Below, piece after piece: positions 29,246 to 40,941 of a stretch of 64,000 bases of DNA. Position numbers and translations under genes: made by a program. The stretch spans positions 1,707 through 65,706 of the forward strand of contig CAYGZL010000052.1 in assembly GCA_964354345.1 (NCBI GenBank). Reading direction: 5' to 3'. Numbering within the stretch: the stretch's first letter is position 1; every line of letters starts with the position of its first letter. Under the pieces are notes generated by a model, which saw only the letters and a program-made list of their open reading frames with translations, ran no database searches and was not told the origin of the DNA. This DNA is from an uncultured Anaerolineaceae bacterium. GTDB lineage: Bacteria > Chloroflexota > Anaerolineae > Anaerolineales > UBA4823.

Positions 29246-31407
29246 ACGGCTCTCCCCATCTACAAAATCAGATTCCCTTGCCACGAATTTTATCCTTCCT
29301 AATTATACTGGGCTTAGTATTTATCGTTTTTATATCCCGGCTTTTTTATCTGCAAGTGATTGATCACTATACCTGGGTCGCGAAAGCCGAGGAAAACAGT
29401 ACAGATATATTCAATATCTCCACCCTGCGAGGCATCATTTATGATCGTAATAATGTTGTCCTGGCGCGAAATATAGCTTCATACAATGTTGTCATTACCG
29501 CGGCGGATTTACCCGACGATCCCGGTGCAGTTCAGGATATTTTTCGCGAGTTGTCAGCTTTAATCAATGTGCCAGTGAGCCGGGGTGAAGTAACTACTGA
29601 CAATCCTTATGTACCTTGCGTTTCAGACGTCGAATCCCTGGGCATTGCCCAAATCGTTGCATATGGTGAATCATCGACGCCATTCCGCCCCGTAAAAATT
29701 AAATGTGATATTGATCGAGAAACCGCCATGATCATTCAGGAAAAAGCCATGAATTGGTCTGGCGTATCGGTTGAAATCCAGCCTATTCGTGATTATCCAA
29801 CGAACGCCCTGACTTCCACAATCGTCGGCTTTTTAGGACCCATCCCAGCCAATCAAGAAGAAGCTTACCGAAATAAAGGATTGGTGCCTAACCGGGACAA
29901 AGTTGGCTACGCGGGATTGGAATTACAATACCAGGATTTGTTAGCCGGGAAAAATGGGTTACGAGTTGCAGAAATTGATGTAGCAGGCAAGGTGATCCGT
30001 CCGGATATCGAAACACCCGTCTCACCGATCCCAGGTAATAGCTTACGGCTCACTATTGACACCCGTTTCCAAGAAGCAGTCGAAACAATCTTACGCACTG
30101 ACTTGCAGGATTGGAATAACTACTTAGATAATATTGTTTACTCGAGCGGTGTAGTCATCGCTGTGAATCCTAAGACAGGTGAAATTCTGGCGATGGTATC
30201 CTATCCAAGCTATGATAACGCCCGAATGTCTCGCATTATCCCCGAATATTACTATCGACAGTTGATCCAGGATCCTACCAACCCTCTATTAAATCACGCA
30301 GTGGGCGATGTTCTGCCAGCCGGATCGGTATTTAAGCTGGTAACCGGCACTGGTGCACTTAATGAAGGTGTTGTTACTCCCGAGCAAATCATCGAGACGC
30401 CTGGAAAACTGGTAATAACCGAACGGTATTATGCCAATGATCCGGGACGTTCTCGTGACCTGATCGATTGGATTTACCGAAAAAATCCGGGTGGTTTTGG
30501 TAAGCTGGACTTCGTTCACGGTCTGGCCAACTCTAGCAATGTTTACTTTTATAAATTAGGCGGTGGATACAAAGAAGAAATTCCCAATGGGGGATTGGGT
30601 ATCTGTCGCCTAGGTACTTACGCCTCAGCACTCGGTTATGGGGAAGCGCCAGACGTCTTCCTTCCTGACGAGCAAAAAGGGTTAATCCCAGACCCGACCT
30701 GGAAACGTATTAACCAGGCCGAAAGTTGGTCTTCTGGTGATACGTACATCACCAGCGTTGGGCAGGGATATGTACTGGCGACCCCGATCCAGGTGCTATT
30801 ATCAGCGGCGATTATCGCAAACGATGGAAAATATATGCAGCCAACCCTCATTCGCGAGATACTGAACAGTGAGGGGAACATTGTACCGAGCTGGCGAACA
30901 CCCGAAGGCATTATTACCGACACACTCACAACTGGCGCCTATCAGGTTTCACCATTCTTACCTCATTTGCAATGGGATATTACCCAGGACCTGGTCATCC
31001 AGGAGTTCAACGAAACGACTATCCGTGGTTGTGAACCTATCCCTGGACAGAAAAAGACAGTCCAACCCTGGGTGTTGGAAAAGTTACGAGAAGGTATGCG
31101 TTTAGCTGTTACTGAAGGAACATTGAAAGATATCTTTGAAGGTTCACCAGTGCTGGCTGCGGGTAAAACCGGTACCGCTGAATACTGTGATAAGTATGCA
31201 GCCGCTCAGAATCGTTGCATACCGGGCAACTGGCCTTCGCATGCTTGGACTGTAGCTTATGCGCCGTATGATAATCCCGAAATCGCCGTGGTTGCGTTTG
31301 TATATAACGGCACCGAAGGCTCTACAGTCGCTGGTCCCATTGTTCGTAAAACTCTAGAAGCATATTTTAAATTCAAGGCAATCGACCGCTCGGTTCAGAC
31401 ACCCTAG
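29242..31407 (+). CDS. mrdA: Penicillin-binding protein 2 (elongasome transpeptidase)
   Basis: SVFK (SxxK), SSN and KTGTA motifs. The start overlaps the mreD stop. Confidence 0.9.
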   Translation: MNGSPHLQNQIPLPRILSFLIILGLVFIVFISRLFYLQVIDHYTWVAKAEENSTDIFNISTLRGIIYDRNNVVLARNIASYNVVITAADLPDDPGAVQDIFRELSALINVPVSRGEVTTDNPYVPCVSDVESLGIAQIVAYGESSTPFRPVKIKCDIDRETAMIIQEKAMNWSGVSVEIQPIRDYPTNALTSTIVGFLGPIPANQEEAYRNKGLVPNRDKVGYAGLELQYQDLLAGKNGLRVAEIDVAGKVIRPDIETPVSPIPGNSLRLTIDTRFQEAVETILRTDLQDWNNYLDNIVYSSGVVIAVNPKTGEILAMVSYPSYDNARMSRIIPEYYYRQLIQDPTNPLLNHAVGDVLPAGSVFKLVTGTGALNEGVVTPEQIIETPGKLVITERYYANDPGRSRDLIDWIYRKNPGGFGKLDFVHGLANSSNVYFYKLGGGYKEEIPNGGLGICRLGTYASALGYGEAPDVFLPDEQKGLIPDPTWKRINQAESWSSGDTYITSVGQGYVLATPIQVLLSAAIIANDGKYMQPTLIREILNSEGNIVPSWRTPEGIITDTLTTGAYQVSPFLPHLQWDITQDLVIQEFNETTIRGCEPIPGQKKTVQPWVLEKLREGMRLAVTEGTLKDIFEGSPVLAAGKTGTAEYCDKYAAAQNRCIPGNWPSHAWTVAYAPYDNPEIAVVAFVYNGTEGSTVAGPIVRKTLEAYFKFKAIDRSVQTP

Positions 31408-31595
31408 GGGCGTGGAAAGATCGTGCAATAATCCACGCCACAGAAAAACAATGATTGACGATACACTCTCAGTGACAATCCGGTTGATGAATTGGGATCA
31501 TCATCGCGTCAAACCAAGCATGGAAAAACACCGCTATGCTTTCCGTCGCTGATGTCAGGAACTGCTGGCGATTGAGTTAATCGGCCTCGTGCCGG

Positions 31596-32771
31596 ATGAT
31601 GATGATGAATTCAAACACTGTAAGTCGTAACGGGATGCGCGAACAGCTCTCCCATACAGCCTGGCATCATTTTGATTTTTGGCTGTTAGGAGCCGTGGTA
31701 TTGTTGGTCATCTTCGGAATAACCATGATTCGATCTGCTGTTGCAGGGAATATTGAACTGACCAGCGAGACAAATGTGGTCACTCGCCAACTCATTTTTG
31801 CGGTAGGCGGATTCGTGGTAATGTTACTCGTCACAGGGCTGGATTACCATTATTGGTCATCCATCCATCGGTTACTTTTCATAGGCACTATCCTGGTTTT
31901 AGCGACATTGACTATCTTCGCCAAGGCTGTCTTTGGATCAGCGCGTTGGTTTAATGTCTTCTTAATTAATATCCAACCATCTGAATTTGGTAAGGTTGTC
32001 ATTATCCTGGTCTTAGCCGATTTCTTCACCCGGCATCGTCATCAAATTAACGAATTGACCTGGATCTTGCGTAGTCTGTTAATGGCCTTAGGGATTGTGG
32101 TGTGGGTTATTCTACAGCCAAACCTGAGTACCTCGATCGTGATGCTGGTTCTTTGGGCAGCCTTGATCTGGGCTGCTGGTTTAAAGGTGAAGCAACTTCT
32201 GATTTTTGGCGGTGGAGGTTTGTTAGCGATTCTAATTGCTTTTCCCATTCTCGTGGAATTGAACATCATCCAGGATTATCAACTCAAACGGGTAACAACC
32301 TTCTTATTTCCCGACCCAAACGCTAGTTATGGGGATAACTATAATATTCAACAAGCCCTGATCAGCATCGGTTCTGGGGGTTTGACCGGACAAGGTTATG
32401 GGCATGGTACACAGGTTCAGTATCGTTTCCTAAAGGTGCGCTGGTCTGACTATATCTTCTCCGCCATGGGCCAGGAATTTGGTTTTATTGGCACCGTCTT
32501 GGTAATGTTAATCATGGTATTCGTCATTATCCGCTGCATGAGAGCAGCTCGTCTGGCACGCGATACTTACGGCGGGTTAATCGCTTATGGCGTGGCGACT
32601 TTGATTGCTTTCCAGGCGATAGTCAACATTGGCGTAAACCTTAACCTGCTCCCCGCGACTGGTCTGACTTTCCCATTCGTCAGTTATGGAGGCAGCTCGT
32701 TGGCGACCAATTTGATCGCAATTGGTCTGGTGGAGAGCGTCATACTCAGGCACAAGTCTTTGGAGTTCTAA
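31596..32771 (+). CDS. rodA: SEDS-family peptidoglycan polymerase RodA
   Basis: FtsW/RodA/SpoVE pattern (PSEFGKV, LPATGLTFPFVSYGGSS). Confidence 0.9.
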   Translation: MMMMNSNTVSRNGMREQLSHTAWHHFDFWLLGAVVLLVIFGITMIRSAVAGNIELTSETNVVTRQLIFAVGGFVVMLLVTGLDYHYWSSIHRLLFIGTILVLATLTIFAKAVFGSARWFNVFLINIQPSEFGKVVIILVLADFFTRHRHQINELTWILRSLLMALGIVVWVILQPNLSTSIVMLVLWAALIWAAGLKVKQLLIFGGGGLLAILIAFPILVELNIIQDYQLKRVTTFLFPDPNASYGDNYNIQQALISIGSGGLTGQGYGHGTQVQYRFLKVRWSDYIFSAMGQEFGFIGTVLVMLIMVFVIIRCMRAARLARDTYGGLIAYGVATLIAFQAIVNIGVNLNLLPATGLTFPFVSYGGSSLATNLIAIGLVESVILRHKSLEF

Positions 32772-32773
32772 TC

Positions 32774-34255
32774 ATGACCACTTCAACACCTGTCCGGGTC
32801 AGGTTTGCGCCATCACCAACCGGACGTACCCATATCGCCAGTGGCCGTACAGCGATGTATAACTACCTGATCGCCCGCCAGACGGGTGGACAGTTCATCC
32901 TGCGGATTGAAGACACTGACCAGAAACGATACGTGCCCGGTTCGGAGGAAGAACTGATCGCCAACCTGCGCTGGTTGGGCCTGGATTGGGATGAAGGTCC
33001 AGATGTGGGCGGACCAAATGCCCCTTATCACCAAACAAAACGACGTGAAATTTACCTGCACTATGCTCACCAATTGGTCGAAAGTGGGCAGGCTTATTTT
33101 TGTTTTTGCACCCCAGAACGATTAAAACAGGTTCGCGAGCAGCAACTTGCACAGAAGCTCAATCCCCGCTATGATGGCACTTGCCGGCGCCTTGACCCAG
33201 ACGAGGCCACCCGGCGCATTGCCCACGGCGAGAAGCACGTTATCCGGTTCAAAATGCCTAAAGCTGGCTCAATGACTGTCTATGACCGCTTGCGTGGAGC
33301 CATCACGGTCGAAAATAACGCCTTGGATGATGTCGTATTGGTCAAGTCGGATGGTCTGGCGGTCTATCACCTGGCTGCTATGGCGGATGACCATGAGATG
33401 GGCATTACCCACGTGATCCGCGGCTCTGAATGGTTACCGACCTTTCCATTGCATGGTCACATCATCCGCGCCTTGGGCTGGCAGATGCCAGAATTTATTC
33501 ACCTGTCGGTATTCCTGAAGCCCAGCGGTAAAGGCAAAATGAGTAAGCGTGACACAACTCAGGCAATAAAGGATGGTTACTCGATCTTTATCAGCGACCT
33601 GCGTGAATTGGGCTATGTACCAGAGGCGGTGGTCAACTGGATTGTTCTGATGGGATGGAGTCTGGATGATCACACTGAGTTCTTCACTTTATCAGATCTG
33701 GTGCGCCAGTTCAGTTTCAATAAATGCAATCCTGCCCCGGCGGCAATCAATTTCACCAAGTTGGATCACTTTAACGGTCTGCATATCCGCAACTTTTCAA
33801 TCGCCGACCTGACCAAGCGGATCAAGCCATATTTTCTACAAGCAGGTTATTCTATTGACGACCACAAGTTGATGCTTATTACACCCCTGATTCAACCGCG
33901 CCTGGTTACATTAGAGGATAGCCTGGACTATGCTGGCTTCTTCTTTAAGGAAGACCTTGAGTTGTCTGCTAGCCAGTTGGTAGGCGAGAAGATGAATAGC
34001 GCAGAATCAATTTCTGCTCTTTCACGCACTTATGATATCCTATCATCACTACCTGAAATTAATGGACAAGTCGAAGAGCCACTGCGACTCCTGGCAGAGT
34101 CGTTAGGGCTGAAGGCCGGCCAGTTGTTTGGCCTTTTACGGATGGCGGTCACCGGTCAGACGGTCAGTCCACCATTAATTGAGAGTATGGCGATCATCGG
34201 AAAGACAACGGTCCTGAAGCGCATCCAGGAGGCAATCCAATTGTTGCAGGGATAA
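32774..34255 (+). CDS. gltX: Glutamyl-tRNA synthetase
   Basis: RFAPSPTGRTHIAS (HIGH-type) and KMSKR motifs. Confidence 0.9.
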   Translation: MTTSTPVRVRFAPSPTGRTHIASGRTAMYNYLIARQTGGQFILRIEDTDQKRYVPGSEEELIANLRWLGLDWDEGPDVGGPNAPYHQTKRREIYLHYAHQLVESGQAYFCFCTPERLKQVREQQLAQKLNPRYDGTCRRLDPDEATRRIAHGEKHVIRFKMPKAGSMTVYDRLRGAITVENNALDDVVLVKSDGLAVYHLAAMADDHEMGITHVIRGSEWLPTFPLHGHIIRALGWQMPEFIHLSVFLKPSGKGKMSKRDTTQAIKDGYSIFISDLRELGYVPEAVVNWIVLMGWSLDDHTEFFTLSDLVRQFSFNKCNPAPAAINFTKLDHFNGLHIRNFSIADLTKRIKPYFLQAGYSIDDHKLMLITPLIQPRLVTLEDSLDYAGFFFKEDLELSASQLVGEKMNSAESISALSRTYDILSSLPEINGQVEEPLRLLAESLGLKAGQLFGLLRMAVTGQTVSPPLIESMAIIGKTTVLKRIQEAIQLLQG

Positions 34256-34282
34256 AAAAGACGGGCATTGAGCCCGCCTTTT

Positions 34283-34285
<3 letters not shown>
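34254..34285. terminator. Bidirectional terminator shared by convergent gltX and glnS
   Basis: AAAAAA-GACGGGC-attga-GCCCGCC-TTTTTT. The T-run overlaps the glnS stop codon. Confidence 0.6.
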
Positions 34286-35980
<1,695 letters not shown>

Positions 35981-36080
35981 GGGTAAATCTTTCTATGCAG
36001 AACAAGGAGAGCCTAAGCTTGAATTATAACCACCTTTGACGAAAGCAGGTATACATGATAAAATTAACTTTAGTAAACAC

Positions 36081-36151
36081 TGGGGGTTCGTCTAGTGGTA
36101 GGACAGCAGACTCTGGATCTGTATGCCGTGGTTCGACTCCACGACCCCCAG
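36081..36151 (+). tRNA. tRNA-Gln (anticodon CUG)
   Basis: The cloverleaf folds by hand: acceptor TGGGGGT/ACCCCCA, D arm GTCT..GGAC, anticodon stem GCAGA/TCTGT with loop CTCTGGA, and T arm CGTGG-TTCGACT-CCACG. CCA is not encoded. Confidence 0.85.
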
Positions 36152-36169
36152 CCTGGCTAACTGCAAGAA

Positions 36170-36205
36170 GCGAGTGGCGCATTCCGCATCGAATGCGCCA
36201 CTCGC
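36170..36205 (+). terminator. Stem-loop downstream of tRNA-Gln
   Basis: Perfect 15-bp inverted repeat GCGAGTGGCGCATTC / GAATGCGCCACTCGC with a 6-nt loop, followed by ATTT. Confidence 0.6.
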
Positions 36206-36272
36206 ATTTAGATAGTGCCCCGACATATTCTTCTTAACCTCAGGTCAGCTACTAGAGAATAATAAGAAATAC

Positions 36273-36301
36273 TTGACAGTAAATAATAACAGTGTTATAA
36301 T
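36273..36301 (+). promoter_or_regulatory. Consensus sigma-70-type promoter upstream of merR-like gene
   Basis: TTGACA, a 17-nt spacer, then TATAAT. An imperfect 21-bp palindrome ACAGTGTTATAATTATACTGT overlaps the -10 element. Confidence 0.55.
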
Positions 36302-36331
36302 TATACTGTAAAGTATGATAGGAGCTAACCG

Positions 36332-36775
36332 ATGATCTCACCTGATTATTCCATTCAAGACCTGTGTGATCTCACTGGCTTACCGCGCCGGACGATCCAT
36401 TTTTATCTTCAGCAGCGACTGCTACCCCCTCCGGATGGAGCCGGGCTCGGGGCGCGATATGACGATCGTCATCTACTACGTTTACGTCTTATCCCTTTGC
36501 TACGGCGACGCGGAAAGCGCCTCGACGATATTCGCTCAAAGCTCGAAAACCTGGATATCCCAACCTTACTAAATTTATTCAATCAAGAAAACACCCCTCC
36601 ACCTCCAACCCCTGCTATATTGCCGGTCAGCCGGGCTTATGCCCATTATGAGCTGCCTGCTGGTATTTCCCTGGTGGCGCCCTCCAATCTTTCACCCTCT
36701 GAACGTGAAAAACTCGCCGAAATTCTTCGAACGGCCTATCGCCTGTTTACCGAAACCCTCCCTTCAAACGATTGA
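36332..36775 (+). CDS. MerR-family transcriptional regulator with Pro-rich C-terminal half
   Basis: The HTH YSIQDLCDLTGLPRRTIHFYLQQRLL is typical of MerR N-termini. Confidence 0.8.
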   Translation: MISPDYSIQDLCDLTGLPRRTIHFYLQQRLLPPPDGAGLGARYDDRHLLRLRLIPLLRRRGKRLDDIRSKLENLDIPTLLNLFNQENTPPPPTPAILPVSRAYAHYELPAGISLVAPSNLSPSEREKLAEILRTAYRLFTETLPSND

Positions 36776-36806
36776 AATAACCAAGTAAGATTTCCTGGAG
36801 TATCTT

Positions 36807-39410
36807 ATGTCTTCCTCAACCACTGAACAGACCTTTCTCCTTGGTCAAATAATTATTCATGATGCTTTAGAGACACCCCTCCCCTTAGAAAACACACGGG
36901 TATCGGCGCACATTCTCGGCCCGGTTGCAGCGGTTACGGTGAACCAGCGCTTTCGCAATCCACTCCCCGAAAATTCAGAATTAGAATATGTATTTCCTCT
37001 ACCTCATGAAGCCGCGATCACCGATTTCGAGCTACAGATTGGCTCACGTATTATCCGTGCGGAAATCCAGGAAATTAAACAGGCTCGGCATACTTATGAT
37101 CAAGCTCGTCAGCAAGGCCAGCGTGCTGGTTTGTTCGAGCAACGTCGCCCAAATTTATTTTCCCTTCAAATTACCAATGTCCAACCCGGTGAATATATCC
37201 TGACCACTATACGTTACCAGGAAATATTAAATTATCAGGATGACCAGTATGAATTTGTCTTTCCAATGGGAATCACTCCGAAATACCATAGCCCGGTCCA
37301 TCCTGAAGAAGCACAAGGAGTAGATGCACCAATCGCCGAGGACCACTCACAGGTTGGCCCAGTTGAGATCGAACTGACCATTGATGCCGGGGTAGATCTT
37401 GCAGATCCAACCAGCCCATCCCACCCGATAACGATATCTCCGCGAGAGGGAAAGAGGTTGAGGGTAAATCTGAATGGTTTACACCTGCCCGACCACGATT
37501 TTGTGTTACGTTATCGCGTCGCTACAGATTCGCCGACTATAGCCAGCTGGCGTGTTTCTGGCACAGACGGAGATTATTTCACTACTTTGCTCCTGCCTCC
37601 TATCGAGGGAACCTCTGAAAATCCAATTCCGTGTGAATATATTTTTGTACTGGATCGTTCCGGTTCGATGACTGGAGAGCCAATCCGGCAAGCCATCAAT
37701 GCCTTAAGGGCCTGTCTGCGTTCACTTAACGAACAAGATATTTTCTACCTGTTGCTTTTCGATGACAGGCTGGAATGGTTCGATCACAAACCCAGCCCGG
37801 TTACCGAGAAAACCATTGACAAAGCCGATCGTTACCTGAGCCAGGTTGAAGGGCGGGGAGGGACAGAAATAATCCCTGCGCTCCAGGCCGCCTTGTCATT
37901 ACTTCCGGATTCCCAACGGGCTCGCTATGTAATCTTCTTAACCGATGGAGCAGTTTCAGCAGAAGAACGCGCCTTAGAAAAGGTGCACACTCTCCTTGGC
38001 GCGACTCACCTGTTCACCTTTGGTATCGGGCCATCGGTTAATCGCGCGTTTCTACTGCAATTGGCGCGCTGGGGTGGAGGCACTGCTGAATTTCTAGGCC
38101 TGGATGAAGATATTGAGGGAGCAATATTACGGTTCCAGGACCGTATCGCTTACCCCATTCTGACAAATCTGACTCTCCAAGCCAGCAACGGTAATCTCTG
38201 GGATGTTTACCCAACTCACCTCCCGGATTTGTTTGCCGGTCAACCCGTAAAAATAACCGGGCGAGTCAAAGGTAGCCCGAAAGGGGTTCAATTAACCCTC
38301 CAGGGCCAACGGGGTGGAAATAAGGTTGTAATTCACACATCCTTAGCTACATCAAGTAAAGGTACTGAACCAAACGATCAATCCACTGCGGAGCAGCTAT
38401 TAGGCAATTTATGGGCGCGGGCCAGGTTAGAAGAGCTTCTTACCCAGATCGCCATCCAACCCCAAAATACTCATCGCCTGCGCGCCGAAGCGATTGGTTT
38501 GGCACTGGAACACCGCCTCCTGACCCCCTTTACTGCTTTTGTAGCCGTGGATAGCGAATCACTCCAGAGCGGACAACAACCCCACCTGATTCGGATCGCC
38601 CAACCGCTCCCTGCTGGATTGGATCTATTTGGCTTTATTGGTAGTTCTGTACAACAACCGCCCATGGCTTTTTCTCCTTCTCCAAGCGTATCAGCACCCC
38701 CAGCGATGCCCAGAACGGCTTCCCGCTCAGAATTATCCTTTGATTCGGTCGACACACCTGCCTTCTTACGTTCGCGAATTGATCGCTCTCACCCCTCGGG
38801 CAGGAGGACGCTTCACAGATTTCTCTCAGATAATTCGCAAGTAGATAAAGACCATATCCCTGAAGAAAGCTCTGGAGATTATGATCTCACAGAGGCGTCT
38901 GAGGCAGTAGCCAATAAGCACCCCGAGGCCAGTCTTCGTTGGCTGGCGCGCGCACAACAACTGAACGGCTCCTGGCAGTTGGATGTCGAGATGACTGCTG
39001 CGGCGTTGTTAGCTCTCGTTCGTCATGGCCAAACACAAAGCTCGAGCTACCTGCGCAAACAACTACAGCGCGCCTATAAATGGTTGATACAATACGCTGG
39101 CAGCGGTTTTGCAACTTTCTTGCGCGCCCTGGCTTTCAAGGAATTAGCCGCCGCGACCGGCTCCCAGGCTCACCGCCAAACCGCGCAACAGGCAGTGCAA
39201 TCTCTACCAGCTCCTCAAACCGTCCTGGAAAAGGTTGCCTGGGGAATAATCCATGAACAATCCCAGCTTGATCCCTTACCTGAGTCTGCCACCACACCCG
39301 ATGATCTTCGGATATTGGTATTAAGATCCGCTGGTGTGACTGTGGTTGTGGAGGAATTGTTGGAAAATCACGAAATGCTGGTCAGATGCCTGTTTGCAGC
39401 CTTGCTATAA
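36807..39410 (+). CDS. VIT domain plus von Willebrand factor A domain protein with a long C-terminal extension
   Basis: VIT-like N-terminus. The vWA MIDAS motif is present in IFVLDRSGSMTG, with TDG further on. The C-terminal 190 aa are helical, with LRWLARAQQLNGSWQ reminiscent of alpha/alpha-toroid repeats. Confidence 0.8.
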   Translation: MSSSTTEQTFLLGQIIIHDALETPLPLENTRVSAHILGPVAAVTVNQRFRNPLPENSELEYVFPLPHEAAITDFELQIGSRIIRAEIQEIKQARHTYDQARQQGQRAGLFEQRRPNLFSLQITNVQPGEYILTTIRYQEILNYQDDQYEFVFPMGITPKYHSPVHPEEAQGVDAPIAEDHSQVGPVEIELTIDAGVDLADPTSPSHPITISPREGKRLRVNLNGLHLPDHDFVLRYRVATDSPTIASWRVSGTDGDYFTTLLLPPIEGTSENPIPCEYIFVLDRSGSMTGEPIRQAINALRACLRSLNEQDIFYLLLFDDRLEWFDHKPSPVTEKTIDKADRYLSQVEGRGGTEIIPALQAALSLLPDSQRARYVIFLTDGAVSAEERALEKVHTLLGATHLFTFGIGPSVNRAFLLQLARWGGGTAEFLGLDEDIEGAILRFQDRIAYPILTNLTLQASNGNLWDVYPTHLPDLFAGQPVKITGRVKGSPKGVQLTLQGQRGGNKVVIHTSLATSSKGTEPNDQSTAEQLLGNLWARARLEELLTQIAIQPQNTHRLRAEAIGLALEHRLLTPFTAFVAVDSESLQSGQQPHLIRIAQPLPAGLDLFGFIGSSVQQPPMAFSPSPSVSAPPAMPRTASRSELSFDSVDTPAFLRSRIDRSHPSGRRTLHRFLSDNSQVDKDHIPEESSGDYDLTEASEAVANKHPEASLRWLARAQQLNGSWQLDVEMTAAALLALVRHGQTQSSSYLRKQLQRAYKWLIQYAGSGFATFLRALAFKELAAATGSQAHRQTAQQAVQSLPAPQTVLEKVAWGIIHEQSQLDPLPESATTPDDLRILVLRSAGVTVVVEELLENHEMLVRCLFAALL

Positions 39411-39423
39411 GCCACCAATCGAG

Positions 39424-39669
39424 ATGCCAAGACAGTCAATATTCGTTCCATATCGACCGAAAACGATTTTAAACAAGGGTAAGCGCGCTGACCATCTATT
39501 CTGGTCACGTTACAGTCCTTACCCATACATCGGTTGCCAGCATGGATGCGAATTTTGCTATTGCCGCGAACGTAAGTTTTCACCCTACGAGAATCCGGAT
39601 GCTTTTGTATATGTCATCAAAGTAAAAGGGCTTCAAGGCATTCCCAATGTTGATAATCCCTCGCCTTAG
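39424..39669 (+). pseudogene. 5' stub of a radical SAM (SPL/Rv2578c-like) gene
   Basis: The CxxxCxxC motif is present in YIGCQHGCEFCYC. The ORF stops after 81 codons, and similarity to the remembered family pattern ends about 10 codons earlier. Family members are usually about 300 aa or longer, and sucC starts 120 nt downstream. Confidence 0.6.
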
Positions 39670-39789
39670 AAATCGAACACCTGATTCAGCAAGAATCTCA
39701 ATCAAATTAACCCCAAGGAGGCGCATGGTATAATCCTGATGAAGCATATTGATCTCACCAACATGACCAAAGCGGGAGAATGATACTAA

Positions 39790-40923
39790 ATGAAACTACA
39801 TGAGTACCAATCCAAACAAATATTTGCCAGATATGGCATCCCTATCCCGAAAGGGAGAGTAGCGGCCACCGCAGCAGAAGCTAAACAAATAGCTGAAGAA
39901 TTGGGTGGCCGCGTCGTCATAAAATCGCAGGTTTTAGTAGGTGGGCGTGGAAAAGCTGGCGGCATTCGCCTGGCAAAGAATCCCGAGGAGGCTGAAAACC
40001 TGGCTACCCAAATCCTGGCGATGGAAATCAAGGGTCTCCCCGTTCGTAAAGTCCTGGTTGATGAAGCAGCCATAATTGAAAAAGAAATATATCTTGGCAT
40101 CACCAACGATCGGACAGTCCGTAAACCAGTGATGATGGCCTCGTCAGCTGGCGGCGTGGAAATCGAAGAAGTAGCCCGGCAGACACCAGAAAAAATCATC
40201 CGGGTGCATATTGACCCGCTACTCGGTCTACGCGATTACCAGGCCCGCGATATTGCTGGAGGCATCGATCTACCCCGTGAACACTGGCGCTTATTTGGGC
40301 AGATTGCGCACGGTTTGTGGCAGGCTTACGTAGATTCAGACGCCACTCTGGCGGAAATTAACCCGTTAGCCATCACCTCGGATAACCGATTAGTAGCCGT
40401 AGATGGAAAGATGGTGGTGGATGATAATGCTCTCTTCCGGCATGCTGATCTGGCGGAGATGCGTGATCTGGATGTTGAAGCACCATCGGAGATCGAAGCT
40501 CGTAAGTATGGTTTGTCCTTCATTAAACTAGATGGTAATATCGGTTGTATGGTCAATGGAGCAGGATTGGCAATGACAACCATGGACATAATCAAACTAT
40601 TTGGCGGTTCACCAGCTAACTTTCTGGATATTGGCGGAGGCGCAGGCGCCGATAAAGTGGCTGCCGCGTTACGCATCATCCTGGCTGACACGAATGTCAA
40701 AGTGGTCCTGTTTAATGTCTTTGGCGGCATCACCCGCTGCGACGAAGTCGCCCGGGGTATTTTGGCTGCGATTGCTGAAGTCAGACCTAAAGTACCGATG
40801 GTAGTACGTCTGGTTGGCACAAACGCTGAAGAAGGGCGTCAAATATTGGCTAATGCGAATATGATCACTGCCGAGACACTGGCAGACGCAGCCAAAAAAG
40901 CAGTTGCTGCGGTCAGGACCTGA
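39790..40923 (+). CDS. sucC: Succinyl-CoA synthetase beta subunit
   Basis: [18 protein letters not shown], with the ATP-grasp pattern. Confidence 0.95.
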   Translation: MKLHEYQSKQIFARYGIPIPKGRVAATAAEAKQIAEELGGRVVIKSQVLVGGRGKAGGIRLAKNPEEAENLATQILAMEIKGLPVRKVLVDEAAIIEKEIYLGITNDRTVRKPVMMASSAGGVEIEEVARQTPEKIIRVHIDPLLGLRDYQARDIAGGIDLPREHWRLFGQIAHGLWQAYVDSDATLAEINPLAITSDNRLVAVDGKMVVDDNALFRHADLAEMRDLDVEAPSEIEARKYGLSFIKLDGNIGCMVNGAGLAMTTMDIIKLFGGSPANFLDIGGGAGADKVAAALRIILADTNVKVVLFNVFGGITRCDEVARGILAAIAEVRPKVPMVVRLVGTNAEEGRQILANANMITAETLADAAKKAVAAVRT

Positions 40924-40941
40924 ACCAAGGGAGATGTACCG

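Noticed and set aside
31443-31560. Small unannotated ORF (about 33 codons, MIDDTLSVTIRLMNW...) and a GGCGTGGA/TCCACGCC hairpin in the 190-nt mrdA-rodA spacer.
   Set aside because: The ORF has no ribosome-binding site or recognisable motif. The hairpin lacks a T-run. There is not enough evidence for either a micro-protein or a terminator.
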